Positions 48,597 to 58,124 are shown, counted from the stretch's first letter. The stretch is 64,000 nucleotides of DNA from Nitrospirota bacterium (GCA_963721805.1 CAVRJY010000001.1:576001-640000); one strand, 5' to 3'. The notes: generated by a model from the letters alone, not told the origin. Numbers and translations are program-made.

Positions 48597-49970
48597 ATGA
48601 AGATCCATTTCTCGGGCATAGGCGGAAGCGGGGTGTCGGCCATAGCCGGATTCATGGCCGAGGCCGGCCACAGCATAAGCGGCTCGGACCGCGCGTTTGA
48701 CGCCAATCCCGCCCACCCGGCCAGGCAGGCCCTGATCACACTCGGTGCGGCCATGTATCCACAGGACGGAAGCGGCGTGGCCGGGGACCTGGACCTGCTC
48801 GTCACGAGCACCGCTGTCGAGCCGGATAACCCCGAACTCGTGAGGGCCCATGCCCTGGGCATCCGCGTTGTGACGCGCCCGGAACAGCTCGCCGAACTCG
48901 TCTCGGCACATCGCACCATAGCTGTTGCAGGCACCAGCGGGAAGTCCACGGTCTCCGGCATGCTCGCATACGCGATGCGAGAGTTGGGGCTCAAGCCGAA
49001 CTTCATCGGCGGGGGGAGGGTGCTACAGTTTCAGGACGGCTCGCACGCCGGGAACTTCATCACCGGCAAGTCTGACACGCTCGTGATCGAGGCCTGCGAG
49101 TCCGACGGGAGCATCGTGCACTACGCGCCGGAGCACACGATAGTCCTGAACCTCGACCTCGACCACCATTCCATAGACGAGACCGCGGCTATGTTTTCGA
49201 CCCTGCTTGCAAGGACGCGCGGGCTGAAGGTCATCAATGCGGACGACGCCCGGCTGGCCGCTATAGCGCCCGCCGATGCGGTCGGATTCTCGATAGACGC
49301 GGCGTCGCGTTATCAGGCCCGCGACCTCGTGCTCAGGCCGTTCGGCTCGGAGTTTACGGTCAACGGCCAGCGTTGCCGGCTCTCGTCCCCTGGGCGGTAT
49401 AACGTGCAAAACGCGCTTCCGGTGATCGCGCTGCTCTCGGAGCTGGGCCTCGATGCCAAGGCCATCGCTGCCTCATGCGAGAGTTTTCTGGGGATCGGCC
49501 GCCGGTTCGAGCGCCACCTCGACGAAGGCCGATACCTCGTGATCGACGACTACGCGCACAACCCGCACAAGATCTCGGCCCTGATGGCCGCGGCCCGCGG
49601 GGTGCGCGAGAGCATTTGCTATATATTCCAGCCCCACGGCTTCGCGCCCACGCGCCTGATGAAGGAGGGCTACATCGAGGAGTTCGCAAGCGGGCTCAGG
49701 CCCGCCGACCACCTCGTGCTCCTGCCGATCTTCTACGCCGGGGGCACCGTGGCGCGCGACATATCGAGCGATGCGCTGGCGGAGGGAATCAAGGCCCGAG
49801 GCGGATCGGTCGAGGTCATACAGTCGCGCGATGAGCTGATTGGGCGAGTTGGCCATGCTGGCAAGTGGGACGGGTATATAGTGATGGGCGCCAGAGACGA
49901 GACGCTCTCGCTGCTTGCCGCGCGGATAGCCCAAGAGCTTAAAAGCAGAACTCCTGCTGTGCGGCGCTGA
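48597..49970 (+). CDS. MurC/Mpl-family Mur ligase
   Basis: IHFSGIGGSGVS, SGSD, AGTSGKST, IEACESD, DDYAHNP, FQPH. Confidence 0.85.
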   Translation: MKIHFSGIGGSGVSAIAGFMAEAGHSISGSDRAFDANPAHPARQALITLGAAMYPQDGSGVAGDLDLLVTSTAVEPDNPELVRAHALGIRVVTRPEQLAELVSAHRTIAVAGTSGKSTVSGMLAYAMRELGLKPNFIGGGRVLQFQDGSHAGNFITGKSDTLVIEACESDGSIVHYAPEHTIVLNLDLDHHSIDETAAMFSTLLARTRGLKVINADDARLAAIAPADAVGFSIDAASRYQARDLVLRPFGSEFTVNGQRCRLSSPGRYNVQNALPVIALLSELGLDAKAIAASCESFLGIGRRFERHLDEGRYLVIDDYAHNPHKISALMAAARGVRESICYIFQPHGFAPTRLMKEGYIEEFASGLRPADHLVLLPIFYAGGTVARDISSDALAEGIKARGGSVEVIQSRDELIGRVGHAGKWDGYIVMGARDETLSLLAARIAQELKSRTPAVRR

Positions 49971-50588
49971 GCTTCTTAAGCGCGGCCCCGAACCTCCGTC
50001 CTGCATCGTCCATGACCGCTTTTTGAAGCCACCTCTGCTGCCCGAGCCTGCGGTAGACCGCCTCGCTCTTGCCGGGGTAGTTCATCCTGTCGACGAGCAC
50101 CGAGTCGACCGTCCCGGCGAGCATCCCGGCCAGCGCCTCCGGGTCCATCGGGAGGATCGGGCCGACGAAGGCGTACGTGCGGACCCCGGCCTCGTGCAGC
50201 CGCCTCAGGGCTTTTACGCGGGACCTGATAGCAGGCGCCTTGGGTTCGAACGCGGCCCTGATGCGGTCGTCATCCGTAGTGACCGTCATCCCGACCTCGA
50301 CCAGCCCCGGCGCGGCATTTATGAACAGGTCCATGTCCCTGAGCACGAGCGGGGACTTCGTGAGGATGTCCACCCCGACGCCGTGTGCTAGAAGGATCTC
50401 GATGCACTGCCGCGTCAGCCGCCACTTGTGCTCTGCGGGCTGGTAGCAGTCGGTCACGGACGAGAGCATAACACGGCCCGGTTTAGTCTTTCTAAGCGCG
50501 CGCTCGAGGAGTTCCGGGGCGTTTTCCTTGGCGTCGACGAACGTGCCCCATGGCTCCTCGTGGCCGCTGTAGCGGGCCATGAACGCGG

Positions 50589-51683
50589 CGCGGATTGTAA
50601 TGTGAAGTGCAACACCTGTGAAAGAAAAAGCCCATCGTCATCCTGTTCTGTTAGAGTCAAGTACCAACCAGACGAAACAGAGAGGGAGGGACGATGGGCT
50701 ACAGTCATTTTAGCATTGATGAGCGGGAGGGCATCGCAAGGATGCGTTATGCGGGGGTGAGCATACGTGAGATCGGGCGCCAGCTTGGCCGCTCGCCATC
50801 GAGCGTGAGCCGGGAGCTGCGGCGCAACACGAAGAAGTCTTTCTATGGCGCGCACGCCGCAACCGTGCTCTATGTCCGCCGAAGGCATTTTGCGAGCAGA
50901 CGCCTGAAGCGCTGGCCGGACGGCCTGATCGGCTATGCGATGGCGGGACTTTGCAGGCGTTGGTCGCCGGAGCAGGTGTCGGGCCGCCTTAAGCTTGACC
51001 ATCCACATAGCACAGAGATGCGGATATCCTTTGCCACGCTATACAGATGGATACGGCAGGACAGGGCGATGGGGGGCTCGATGCATCGCATGCTGAGGCG
51101 TAAGGGAAGGAGCTACAGAAAAGCCCGGGGGCCTGAGACCAGGGGCCGGTTCAATGGGGCGTTGAGCATCAGGCAGCGCCCCGAGATCGTGGTCCGGAAG
51201 GGACGCTTCGGGGATTGGGAGGCGGATACCGTCTACGGGTTCGACGGGAAAACGTGCATCGCAACGTTTAACGAGCGCAAGAGCCTCTACCTTATATCGA
51301 GGAAGATGCCGAGGCCCGGCTCGGAGGCGTTGAGGGAGGCCGCCGTATCGGCGCTGGGAGGCCTGCGGCAGGGCATGCGTATGACCATGACCGTGGACAG
51401 GGGCAGCGAGTTTGCATGCTACAGGGACTTAAAATACATGATGGGGATCGACGTATACTTCGCCAACCCCTATTGCTCATGGCAGCGCGGCCAGAACGAA
51501 AACCTCAACGGGCTGCTGCGGCAGTACTTTCCGAAGGGGATCGACTTCAACACAGTAACGCAGGAGCAGCTGGATCGCGTCGTTGATGAGATTAACAACA
51601 GACCAAGAAAAACGCTGGACTACAGGGCACCCGCCGAGGTTGCGGCAAATGCGCGCCTGTTGCACTTGGCTTGACAATCCACT
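50589..51683 (+). mobile_element. IS30-family insertion sequence, 1095 bp
   Basis: Imperfect terminal IRs (GGATTGT..AAGTGCAACA, 19/23 identical); 2-bp GG target duplication at 50587-50588 and 51684-51685. Confidence 0.92.
50694..51674 (+). CDS. IS30-family transposase
   Basis: HTH LGRSPSSVSRELRRN, WSPEQ, GDWEADTV, TVDRGSEF, WQRGQNENLNGLLRQYFPKG, INNRPRKTL. Confidence 0.96.
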   Translation: MGYSHFSIDEREGIARMRYAGVSIREIGRQLGRSPSSVSRELRRNTKKSFYGAHAATVLYVRRRHFASRRLKRWPDGLIGYAMAGLCRRWSPEQVSGRLKLDHPHSTEMRISFATLYRWIRQDRAMGGSMHRMLRRKGRSYRKARGPETRGRFNGALSIRQRPEIVVRKGRFGDWEADTVYGFDGKTCIATFNERKSLYLISRKMPRPGSEALREAAVSALGGLRQGMRMTMTVDRGSEFACYRDLKYMMGIDVYFANPYCSWQRGQNENLNGLLRQYFPKGIDFNTVTQEQLDRVVDEINNRPRKTLDYRAPAEVAANARLLHLA

Positions 51684-51849
51684 GGCGTAGCAGTATACGC
51701 AGGCGTGCTCGCACCCGACATAGGGGTTGATGACGTACTGCACACCCGGGATGCCGGACTTGCTCAGTATGCTCTTGGCCCTGCGCGCCGCCGCTTCGAT
51801 CGCCATGTTTATATTTTACCACCCGCTTCGGATGGTGGTATCATATTGG

Positions 51850-52122
51850 ATGAGTACGCAGGTGCTGCCAGAAACGGGGTATTCGACGTTCGTCATCGAG
51901 CCCTGGAACGTGGTGCTGCTCAACGACGAGCACCACACGTTCGACGAGGTGATCGTGCAGCTTGTCAAGGCCACGGGATGCACTACCGATCAGGCCGCGG
52001 AGATCGCCTGGAAGGTGCACACGGCCGGAGAGGCAGTATGCTTTTCGGGCCCGCGCGAGCGGTGTGAGCATGTCGCATCTGTGCTGGAGCAGATCAAGCT
52101 CCGCGTGCGGCTCGAGAAATAG
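51850..52122 (+). CDS. clpS: ClpS-family N-end-rule adaptor
   Basis: VVLLNDEHHTFDEVI...VHTAGEAVC; ATG 51850 follows an extended -10. Confidence 0.85.
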   Translation: MSTQVLPETGYSTFVIEPWNVVLLNDEHHTFDEVIVQLVKATGCTTDQAAEIAWKVHTAGEAVCFSGPRERCEHVASVLEQIKLRVRLEK

Positions 52123-52140
52123 CGGGGGCAATCTAACGCT

Positions 52141-52731
52141 ATGAAGAGGGTTCGGCAAATAAGGCATATGGCTGCATTGGTCATGGTGCTCTCGCTCGCC
52201 GGCTGCGCCACGCCCCGCGAGCGGGCGATCTCGCTGAGCTCCGAGGCCGCCTCCGGCTATTGGGGCGAATGGGATGTCGTGCTGAACCTTACGAGCGAGG
52301 CGATAGCTATCGACCCCAAGTTCGCCTGGCCTTATTCCCAGCGCGGCGCGGCATACGACGAACTCGGGATGTACGACGAGGCTATAGCGGACCTCAAGAC
52401 CGCGATAGGCCTCGACCCGGCCTTCGGCCCGGCTTATACGAACCTCGCTATGGCCTATATCCGCTCCGGGCAATTCGAGATGGCGGGCCCGCCGCTTCGG
52501 GAGGCCCAGAGGATAACGCCCGCAGACCCGCTCATGATGGTGACGTCGGCCGAGTATGCCGCCTTGAGCGGAGACGGGGCCGGCGCCTGCCAATGGCTCG
52601 GAAAGGCCGTGCAGCGCGGCTTCACCGACTGGGACCGGCTGGAGTCGGAGGACTGCTTCGACAGCTTCAGGGACTCGGATTGTTACAAGGCAATATACAG
52701 AGACTCGCTGAATTCTCCCGCGAACCAATGA
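52141..52731 (+). CDS. TPR-repeat lipoprotein
   Basis: Lipobox LAGC; TPR units AIAIDPKFAWPYSQRG and AIGLDPAFGPAYTNL. Confidence 0.8.
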   Translation: MKRVRQIRHMAALVMVLSLAGCATPRERAISLSSEAASGYWGEWDVVLNLTSEAIAIDPKFAWPYSQRGAAYDELGMYDEAIADLKTAIGLDPAFGPAYTNLAMAYIRSGQFEMAGPPLREAQRITPADPLMMVTSAEYAALSGDGAGACQWLGKAVQRGFTDWDRLESEDCFDSFRDSDCYKAIYRDSLNSPANQ

Positions 52732-52764
52732 ATCGCGCACGCGGAAGGGCCATAGAGACAAGAT

Positions 52765-55050
52765 ATGGGCGATAACGACAAAGACACTTCCAGGCAGCCC
52801 GACGCGGGCAAGCCCGGCGAGCCGTTGCCGCTCGATGCGAAGCTGCTTTCCGAGGCGATCATAGAGTTTAATATCTCGCGCCGCAACGTGGGCATCTATC
52901 CCTCGGGCCATGGCATCATAGCGGCTTCCATAGAGCGCGCGAGGGAACTGTTCCTGAAACTCTTCGAGATGAGGAGCGAGATCTCCCTTGGCATCGCGCA
53001 CGACGCCCTGGTCGTGGACCGCCGGATGCTCGACCGCACCCACCCCGTCTTCCGCGAATGCGCCCTCTCGTTCCATGAGCACGGCATCGCCTCGATCACC
53101 TTCTTTAAGGGCATGAGCCGCGACGAGCTGACCGGTTTTCATGAGCTCCTCACCTGCGCCGACAGCCCCGCCGGCCGTGAACTCGCCGCCGCGGCCTCCG
53201 AACGGGGCATCACGCACATCAGGATCGAGCCTATCAATTACGCGCACTTCGCCTTTGTCGAGGGCCGTTATAGCACCGACGGAAAGACCTCCGAGGCCAT
53301 ATGGCAGGACTACCTCCACGGCCTGCTGACCGGCAGCCTCAGCACGGACGATGCGTCCGACGCGATACTGGGCGCACCGCCCGAGGAGGTGGCCGACGCC
53401 ATCAACGCGGCCGCATTCGGCGCCGGAGCCGGTGATGCAGCATCCCCGGCCGGTAGCGCGGAGGCCGCGGAGTCAGCCGAGTCTGACGAGTCCAATCGCT
53501 CGGCTGCATACGACAAGGTCATAGCCTCGTACCTGACGAAGAAGGGCGAGACCAAGCTGAGTCCCGAGGCCATGGGCAAGCTCATGACGCTGGTCGACCG
53601 CCTGAACCCCAAGCTCAAGGGCGAGTTCCTCTCGCGGACTTTCAACCACCTGACCGTGGACATGGCCGAGACCGAGAAGACCCTCGCCGAACTCACCCCG
53701 GAGGCCTTCAAGAAGCTCGTCGAAACGTTCGGAGAACAGACCTCGGTGCTCCCGGAGTCCCTGAAGAACATCTTCAGCAAGTTCACCGAGGCCGGCAACA
53801 CCAGGCCCTTCGAGTTCGATACCCTGCTGAAGGGCTCGGCCGTCGTGCACGACATAGAGATGGAGGACGAGGTGGCCGGGATGTTCACCGAGGACTACTT
53901 CAGGGCTTACGTGGGTTCCGAGTACGCGGGGATGCTCAAGGGCGCAGCGTCGCGCCGCCCCGGCGTCACGGAGTCCGCCGAACTCTCAGCGATGGCCGCG
54001 CGGATGCGGCCTTCGTCCGTCGACAGCATATTTACGGACATCATGCTCGAGCTCGCGTCGGGCGAGACGATGTCCAAGTCCAACTACCTAACCTTCGCCG
54101 AAAAGCTCACCGCCATGGCCGAGGACTTCGTCGGGACCGGGAGGTTCGACGAGGCCTATCGCATCATCGAGGCGTTCTGGGCCCAGGCGGCCGAGAGCGC
54201 GTTCATGGACGAGGCGGCGGCCCTGCTAGAGCTGTTCTTCCATAGCGAGGAGTTCCTCGAACAGACGGTCGGCTCGATACGCCTATGGGGCAGGCTGCGC
54301 CGCGAAGAGAGCGCACGCCTCTCGCTCTCGCTCGGCACCCCGATGATCCATCCGCTGATGGACGCGCTGCTTGACGAGCAGGACCCGAGCCGGAGGAAAT
54401 TCCTGATCTCGACGATCTCGGAGTTCCGCGAGGCAGCGGTACCGGCCGCGCTTAAGAAGCTCAAGGACGACCGCTGGTTCGTGCTCCGCAACATGCTGGT
54501 AATCCTCACCGAGTGCGACAGCGGCTCCTCGGTCGAGCACGTGCGCAGGTTCGCCAAGCACCCTGACCACAGGGTCGCGGAAGAGGCCGTCAAGTACATG
54601 CTCAAGCTCTCCCCGAAGGAGGGGCCGCTATACCTGAAGCTCTGCCTCGATTCGCCGGACAGCGAGACCCGCCTGCACGCGATGAGGCAGGCCGGGGCCT
54701 TTAAGGTCCGCGTCGTAGTGCCCCTGCTGATGGGCGTCGTCGCCTCCAACTCTGCGGCCGAGGAGAAGCGCGCGGCGGTCAGGGCGCTTGCTGAGATCGG
54801 GGAGCCGTCAGTGCTGGAAGGGATGCTCGAGATCTGCAGGCGGCAGCCGATGCTGTTTAAGGCCGCGCACGAGGAGCTGAGGCTCGAGATATTCAAAACC
54901 CTCCAGCATTACCCGCCCCCGAGCATAGCCCGGTTCGTCGAATACGGGCTTGGCGTGAGGGACGAAAACATACGGAAGATCAGCGCCGCCCTGATGGCAT
55001 CGGTCCACGTGGCACCGAAGCGGGAAGCCCCGAAAGGTGAGAGGCCATGA
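52765..55050 (+). CDS. Large helical protein with C-terminal HEAT repeats
   Basis: LKDDRWFVLRN, HPDHRVAEEA, AVRALAEIG HEAT-like units. Confidence 0.8.
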   Translation: MGDNDKDTSRQPDAGKPGEPLPLDAKLLSEAIIEFNISRRNVGIYPSGHGIIAASIERARELFLKLFEMRSEISLGIAHDALVVDRRMLDRTHPVFRECALSFHEHGIASITFFKGMSRDELTGFHELLTCADSPAGRELAAAASERGITHIRIEPINYAHFAFVEGRYSTDGKTSEAIWQDYLHGLLTGSLSTDDASDAILGAPPEEVADAINAAAFGAGAGDAASPAGSAEAAESAESDESNRSAAYDKVIASYLTKKGETKLSPEAMGKLMTLVDRLNPKLKGEFLSRTFNHLTVDMAETEKTLAELTPEAFKKLVETFGEQTSVLPESLKNIFSKFTEAGNTRPFEFDTLLKGSAVVHDIEMEDEVAGMFTEDYFRAYVGSEYAGMLKGAASRRPGVTESAELSAMAARMRPSSVDSIFTDIMLELASGETMSKSNYLTFAEKLTAMAEDFVGTGRFDEAYRIIEAFWAQAAESAFMDEAAALLELFFHSEEFLEQTVGSIRLWGRLRREESARLSLSLGTPMIHPLMDALLDEQDPSRRKFLISTISEFREAAVPAALKKLKDDRWFVLRNMLVILTECDSGSSVEHVRRFAKHPDHRVAEEAVKYMLKLSPKEGPLYLKLCLDSPDSETRLHAMRQAGAFKVRVVVPLLMGVVASNSAAEEKRAAVRALAEIGEPSVLEGMLEICRRQPMLFKAAHEELRLEIFKTLQHYPPPSIARFVEYGLGVRDENIRKISAALMASVHVAPKREAPKGERP

Positions 55051-56144
55051 GCGACAGGGGGCTTGAGCTGATATCCGCCGTCGCCACCGCGATCACGAGC
55101 TGCTCTTTGTACTCGAAAGAGCACGAGGTCGTGCTGGCCCAGTGCGCCAAGGCCGTCGGCCTGATCGAGGGAATGTACGACGAGGGCCAGCTCGGCTTGA
55201 CGGTGCTCGGCGAGGCCCTGCTCGTAAACGGCAGGAAGGTCAAGTCCAAGGGCCTCCACGCCGTAAATTTCATCGGCAGGATGCGGCGCAAGGGCATCCA
55301 GCAGTTAGTCTTCCATCAGGGCGTCACCGCGCCGGAGCTGGTCGAGTGCATCGCCGGCCTCGCCGCTAAGGGCTCTCCGAAGGCGAACCTGCCCCACATA
55401 GCCGTCGGGAGCCTCGAGATCAGGTTCAACGCCGCGGGCGGCAGCGACCCTGCCGCGGTCATCAGCGCCGGGGCGGAACGCATTAAGGCCCTGCACTCCA
55501 GCGTCTCGCACTTCGGGTCCATCGACATCGTGGGGATCGAGGAGATCGTGATCGGGTTCCTCTCGGTGCTCCGCCGCCAGGAGAACGTCCTGCGGATAGT
55601 CCAGCCGATCAGGGCGCACAGCGACTATACTTACGCGCACTCGGCGAACGTCACCGTGCTCTCGATGTTCATCGCCGAGACGATCGGCGTGGACGACGAG
55701 GTGCTGCAGGACGTGGGCGTGGCAGGGCTCATGCACGATATCGGCAAGGTCTTCGTCGACAAGAAGATCCTCGAGAAGGACTCGAAGCTCGACGCCGGGG
55801 AATGGGACGAGATGAAAAAACACACGGTCTTCGGGGCCCAGTACCTCGCCTCCCTGCCCGAGGTCCCGAGGCTCGCGTTCGTGGGCGCGTTTGAGCACCA
55901 TATGAAGTTCGACGGCACGGGGTATCCCAACACGAGGCTGCACGGCAGGAGGCAGCACCCTGTCAGCCAGATCATAGCCATCGCGGACTTCTTCGACGCC
56001 CTGCGCACCGAGAGGCCGTACAGGAGGCCGCTTGAGATGCCTGCCATCCTCGGCATGCTGAAGGACTCCTCGGGCAAGGACTTCAACCCGGTGCTGGTGG
56101 ACCACTTCATCCGCTCGCTCTCTGCAATACCCGGCGGGTTCTGA
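55047..56144 (+). CDS. HD-GYP cyclic-dinucleotide phosphodiesterase
   Basis: YTYAHS, MHDIGK, EHHMKFDGTGYP, IADFFDALRTERPYR. Confidence 0.9.
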   Translation: MSDRGLELISAVATAITSCSLYSKEHEVVLAQCAKAVGLIEGMYDEGQLGLTVLGEALLVNGRKVKSKGLHAVNFIGRMRRKGIQQLVFHQGVTAPELVECIAGLAAKGSPKANLPHIAVGSLEIRFNAAGGSDPAAVISAGAERIKALHSSVSHFGSIDIVGIEEIVIGFLSVLRRQENVLRIVQPIRAHSDYTYAHSANVTVLSMFIAETIGVDDEVLQDVGVAGLMHDIGKVFVDKKILEKDSKLDAGEWDEMKKHTVFGAQYLASLPEVPRLAFVGAFEHHMKFDGTGYPNTRLHGRRQHPVSQIIAIADFFDALRTERPYRRPLEMPAILGMLKDSSGKDFNPVLVDHFIRSLSAIPGGF

Positions 56145-56240
56145 GCGGCAGGCGTTACGCACTCCCCCGCTGAGGTGTGGTAAATTAAAAGACGCATATG
56201 AAGAAGCCGGAGAACTCAAATGGAGACGCCAAAGAGCTCT

Positions 56241-56294
56241 GATGAAAAAGCCAAGGAACTATGATGAAAAAGCCAAGGAACTAAGATGAAAAAG
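56241..56294 (+). repeat. 22-bp tandem repeat spanning the cimA start
   Basis: GATGAAAAAGCCAAGGAACTA at 56241 and 56263, partial GATGAAAAAG at 56285. Confidence 0.9.
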
Positions 56295-57944
56295 ATTGAG
56301 ATATACGACACGACGCTCCGCGACGGGGCACAGGCCGAGGACATATCGTTCTCGGTCGAGGACAAGCTGCGCATCGCCGAGAAGCTCGACGAGCTCGGCG
56401 TCCATTACATAGAGGGCGGATACCCCGGCGCCAACCCGCGCGACGAGGAGTTCTTCCGCAAGGCCCGCGAGCTGAAACTGAAAAATGCCGTCCTCACCTC
56501 GTTCGGCAGCACGCACCGGCCCGGCATAAGGCCCGCCAAGGACAAGACGATGAAGGCCCTGCTCGATACGGGCACGGCGGCCGTTACGATCTTCGGCAAG
56601 ACCTGGGACTTCCACGTGAAAAACGCCCTGCGCGTGAGCCTCGACGAGGGCGTGGACATCATCGCCGACTCGGTCGCTTACCTCGCAAAGCGCGTCGACA
56701 AGGTCTTCTTCGACGCCGAGCATTTCTTCGACGGGTATCTGCGCAACGAGAAATACGCGCTCAGGTGCCTCGCGGCCGCGCGCGACGCCGGGGCCTGCTG
56801 CCTCGTCCTGTGCGACACCAACGGCGGCGTGCTCACTCACGATATCGCGCGCATTACCAAGGCCGTGATCAAGTCGACGAATGCGCCCGCCGGCATCCAC
56901 GCGCACAACGACTCCGACTGCGCCGTTGCGAGTTCGGTCGAGGCGGTGCTCGCGGGCGCCGGGCACGTCCAAGGCACGATCAACGGCCTTGGCGAGCGCA
57001 CGGGCAACGCGAACCTGTGTTCGATCATCCCGAACCTGCAGATAAAACTCGGTTACCGCTGCCTGAGGGACGTCCAGCTTGGACGGCTCCGCGAGGCGTC
57101 GCGCTTCATCAACGAGATCGCGAACGTCCGCCACTTCAAGCGCCAGCCGTTCGTCGGCGACAGCGCGTTCGCACACAAGGCCGGGATGCACGTCAGCGCG
57201 GTCATGCGCTCCTCGGAGATGTACGAGCACATGAAGCCGGAGCTCGTCGGCAACTCGCAGCGCATACTGGTCTCGGACCTCGCCGGGAAGAGCAATATCC
57301 TCAGGAAGGCCGCGGAGTGCGGCATCGAGATCCCGGACGCATCGAGCCCGGCCGTGCACTCGATCGTCACCGAGCTCAAGCGCCTCGAGAACGAGGGTTT
57401 TCAGTTCGAGGGCGCGGAGGCCTCCTTCGAGCTGCTGATGAAGAAGGCCCTCGGCCTGCACCGCAGGTTCTTCGAGCTGATAGGCTTCAGGGTGATCATC
57501 GAGAAGCACGACGAGGGCGAGACGCCGCTTAACGAGGCGACGATAATGGTCAGGACCCCGGACGGCGCGGTCCAGCACATGGCGGCGGTGGGCAACGGCC
57601 CGGTAAACGCGCTTGACAGCGCGCTCAGGAAGGCCCTCGTGGTTTACTACCCGGAGCTCTCGGAGGTCGAACTCATCGACTACAAGGTCCGCGTGCTGAC
57701 TGCCGGCGTGGGCACGACCGCCCGCGTGCGCGTGCTCGTGGAATCGGGGGACGGCTTCCGCAAGTGGAACACGGTAGGCGTCTCGGAAAACATCATCGAC
57801 GCCTCATACCAGGCGCTCGTGGACAGCATAGAGTACAAGCTCCTCAAAGACGAACCCCAGGATACGCCTGTGGCGAGCGGAGAAGTCACCACTCGAAAGC
57901 GTCCAGTGCAAGCTCCTCAAAAAAGACGAGCCAAAGTAAGCTGA
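56286..57944 (+). CDS. cimA: Citramalate synthase
   Basis: YDTTLRDGAQ, IFGKTWDFHV, FDAEHFFDG, HAHND, AFAHKAGMH, GNGPVNALD. Confidence 0.9.
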   Translation: MKKIEIYDTTLRDGAQAEDISFSVEDKLRIAEKLDELGVHYIEGGYPGANPRDEEFFRKARELKLKNAVLTSFGSTHRPGIRPAKDKTMKALLDTGTAAVTIFGKTWDFHVKNALRVSLDEGVDIIADSVAYLAKRVDKVFFDAEHFFDGYLRNEKYALRCLAAARDAGACCLVLCDTNGGVLTHDIARITKAVIKSTNAPAGIHAHNDSDCAVASSVEAVLAGAGHVQGTINGLGERTGNANLCSIIPNLQIKLGYRCLRDVQLGRLREASRFINEIANVRHFKRQPFVGDSAFAHKAGMHVSAVMRSSEMYEHMKPELVGNSQRILVSDLAGKSNILRKAAECGIEIPDASSPAVHSIVTELKRLENEGFQFEGAEASFELLMKKALGLHRRFFELIGFRVIIEKHDEGETPLNEATIMVRTPDGAVQHMAAVGNGPVNALDSALRKALVVYYPELSEVELIDYKVRVLTAGVGTTARVRVLVESGDGFRKWNTVGVSENIIDASYQALVDSIEYKLLKDEPQDTPVASGEVTTRKRPVQAPQKRRAKVS

Positions 57945-57945
57945 A

Positions 57946-58121
57946 AACCTGTCTCAAAATTGATTCTGAGGCGAAAGAGAGAGGAAATTGCGGCAGACAA
58001 GGAGAAGAGGAAAAATCGGACGCAGGTGTAGCAGCGCTACATTGAGGACGATTTTTGCTTGTGCGACGCAGTATCCCGCGATTTCAGCCTCTTTCGGCCA
58101 GAAGCGATTTTGAGATAGGTT
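57946..58121. repeat. 176-bp long imperfect palindrome, MITE-like
   Basis: Ends AACCTGTCTCAAAATTG / CGATTTTGAGATAGGTT, nested stems and central TGTAGC-AGC-GCTACA. Confidence 0.8.
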
Positions 58122-58124
58122 CAA

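Larger units (their letters stand above)
49939..51806 (-). pseudogene. Radical SAM protein (SplB/Rv2578c-like) interrupted by IS30
   Basis: 5' part NPYVGCEHACVYCYA (51806-51684) and 3' part AFMARYSGHEEPWG...SSVTDCYQP...LTKS (50586-49939) join in frame to give 256 aa. Confidence 0.9.

Noticed and set aside
56241..56294. CRISPR array
   Set aside because: The repeats are adjacent with no spacers and no cas genes; no repeat-spacer array was seen anywhere in the window.
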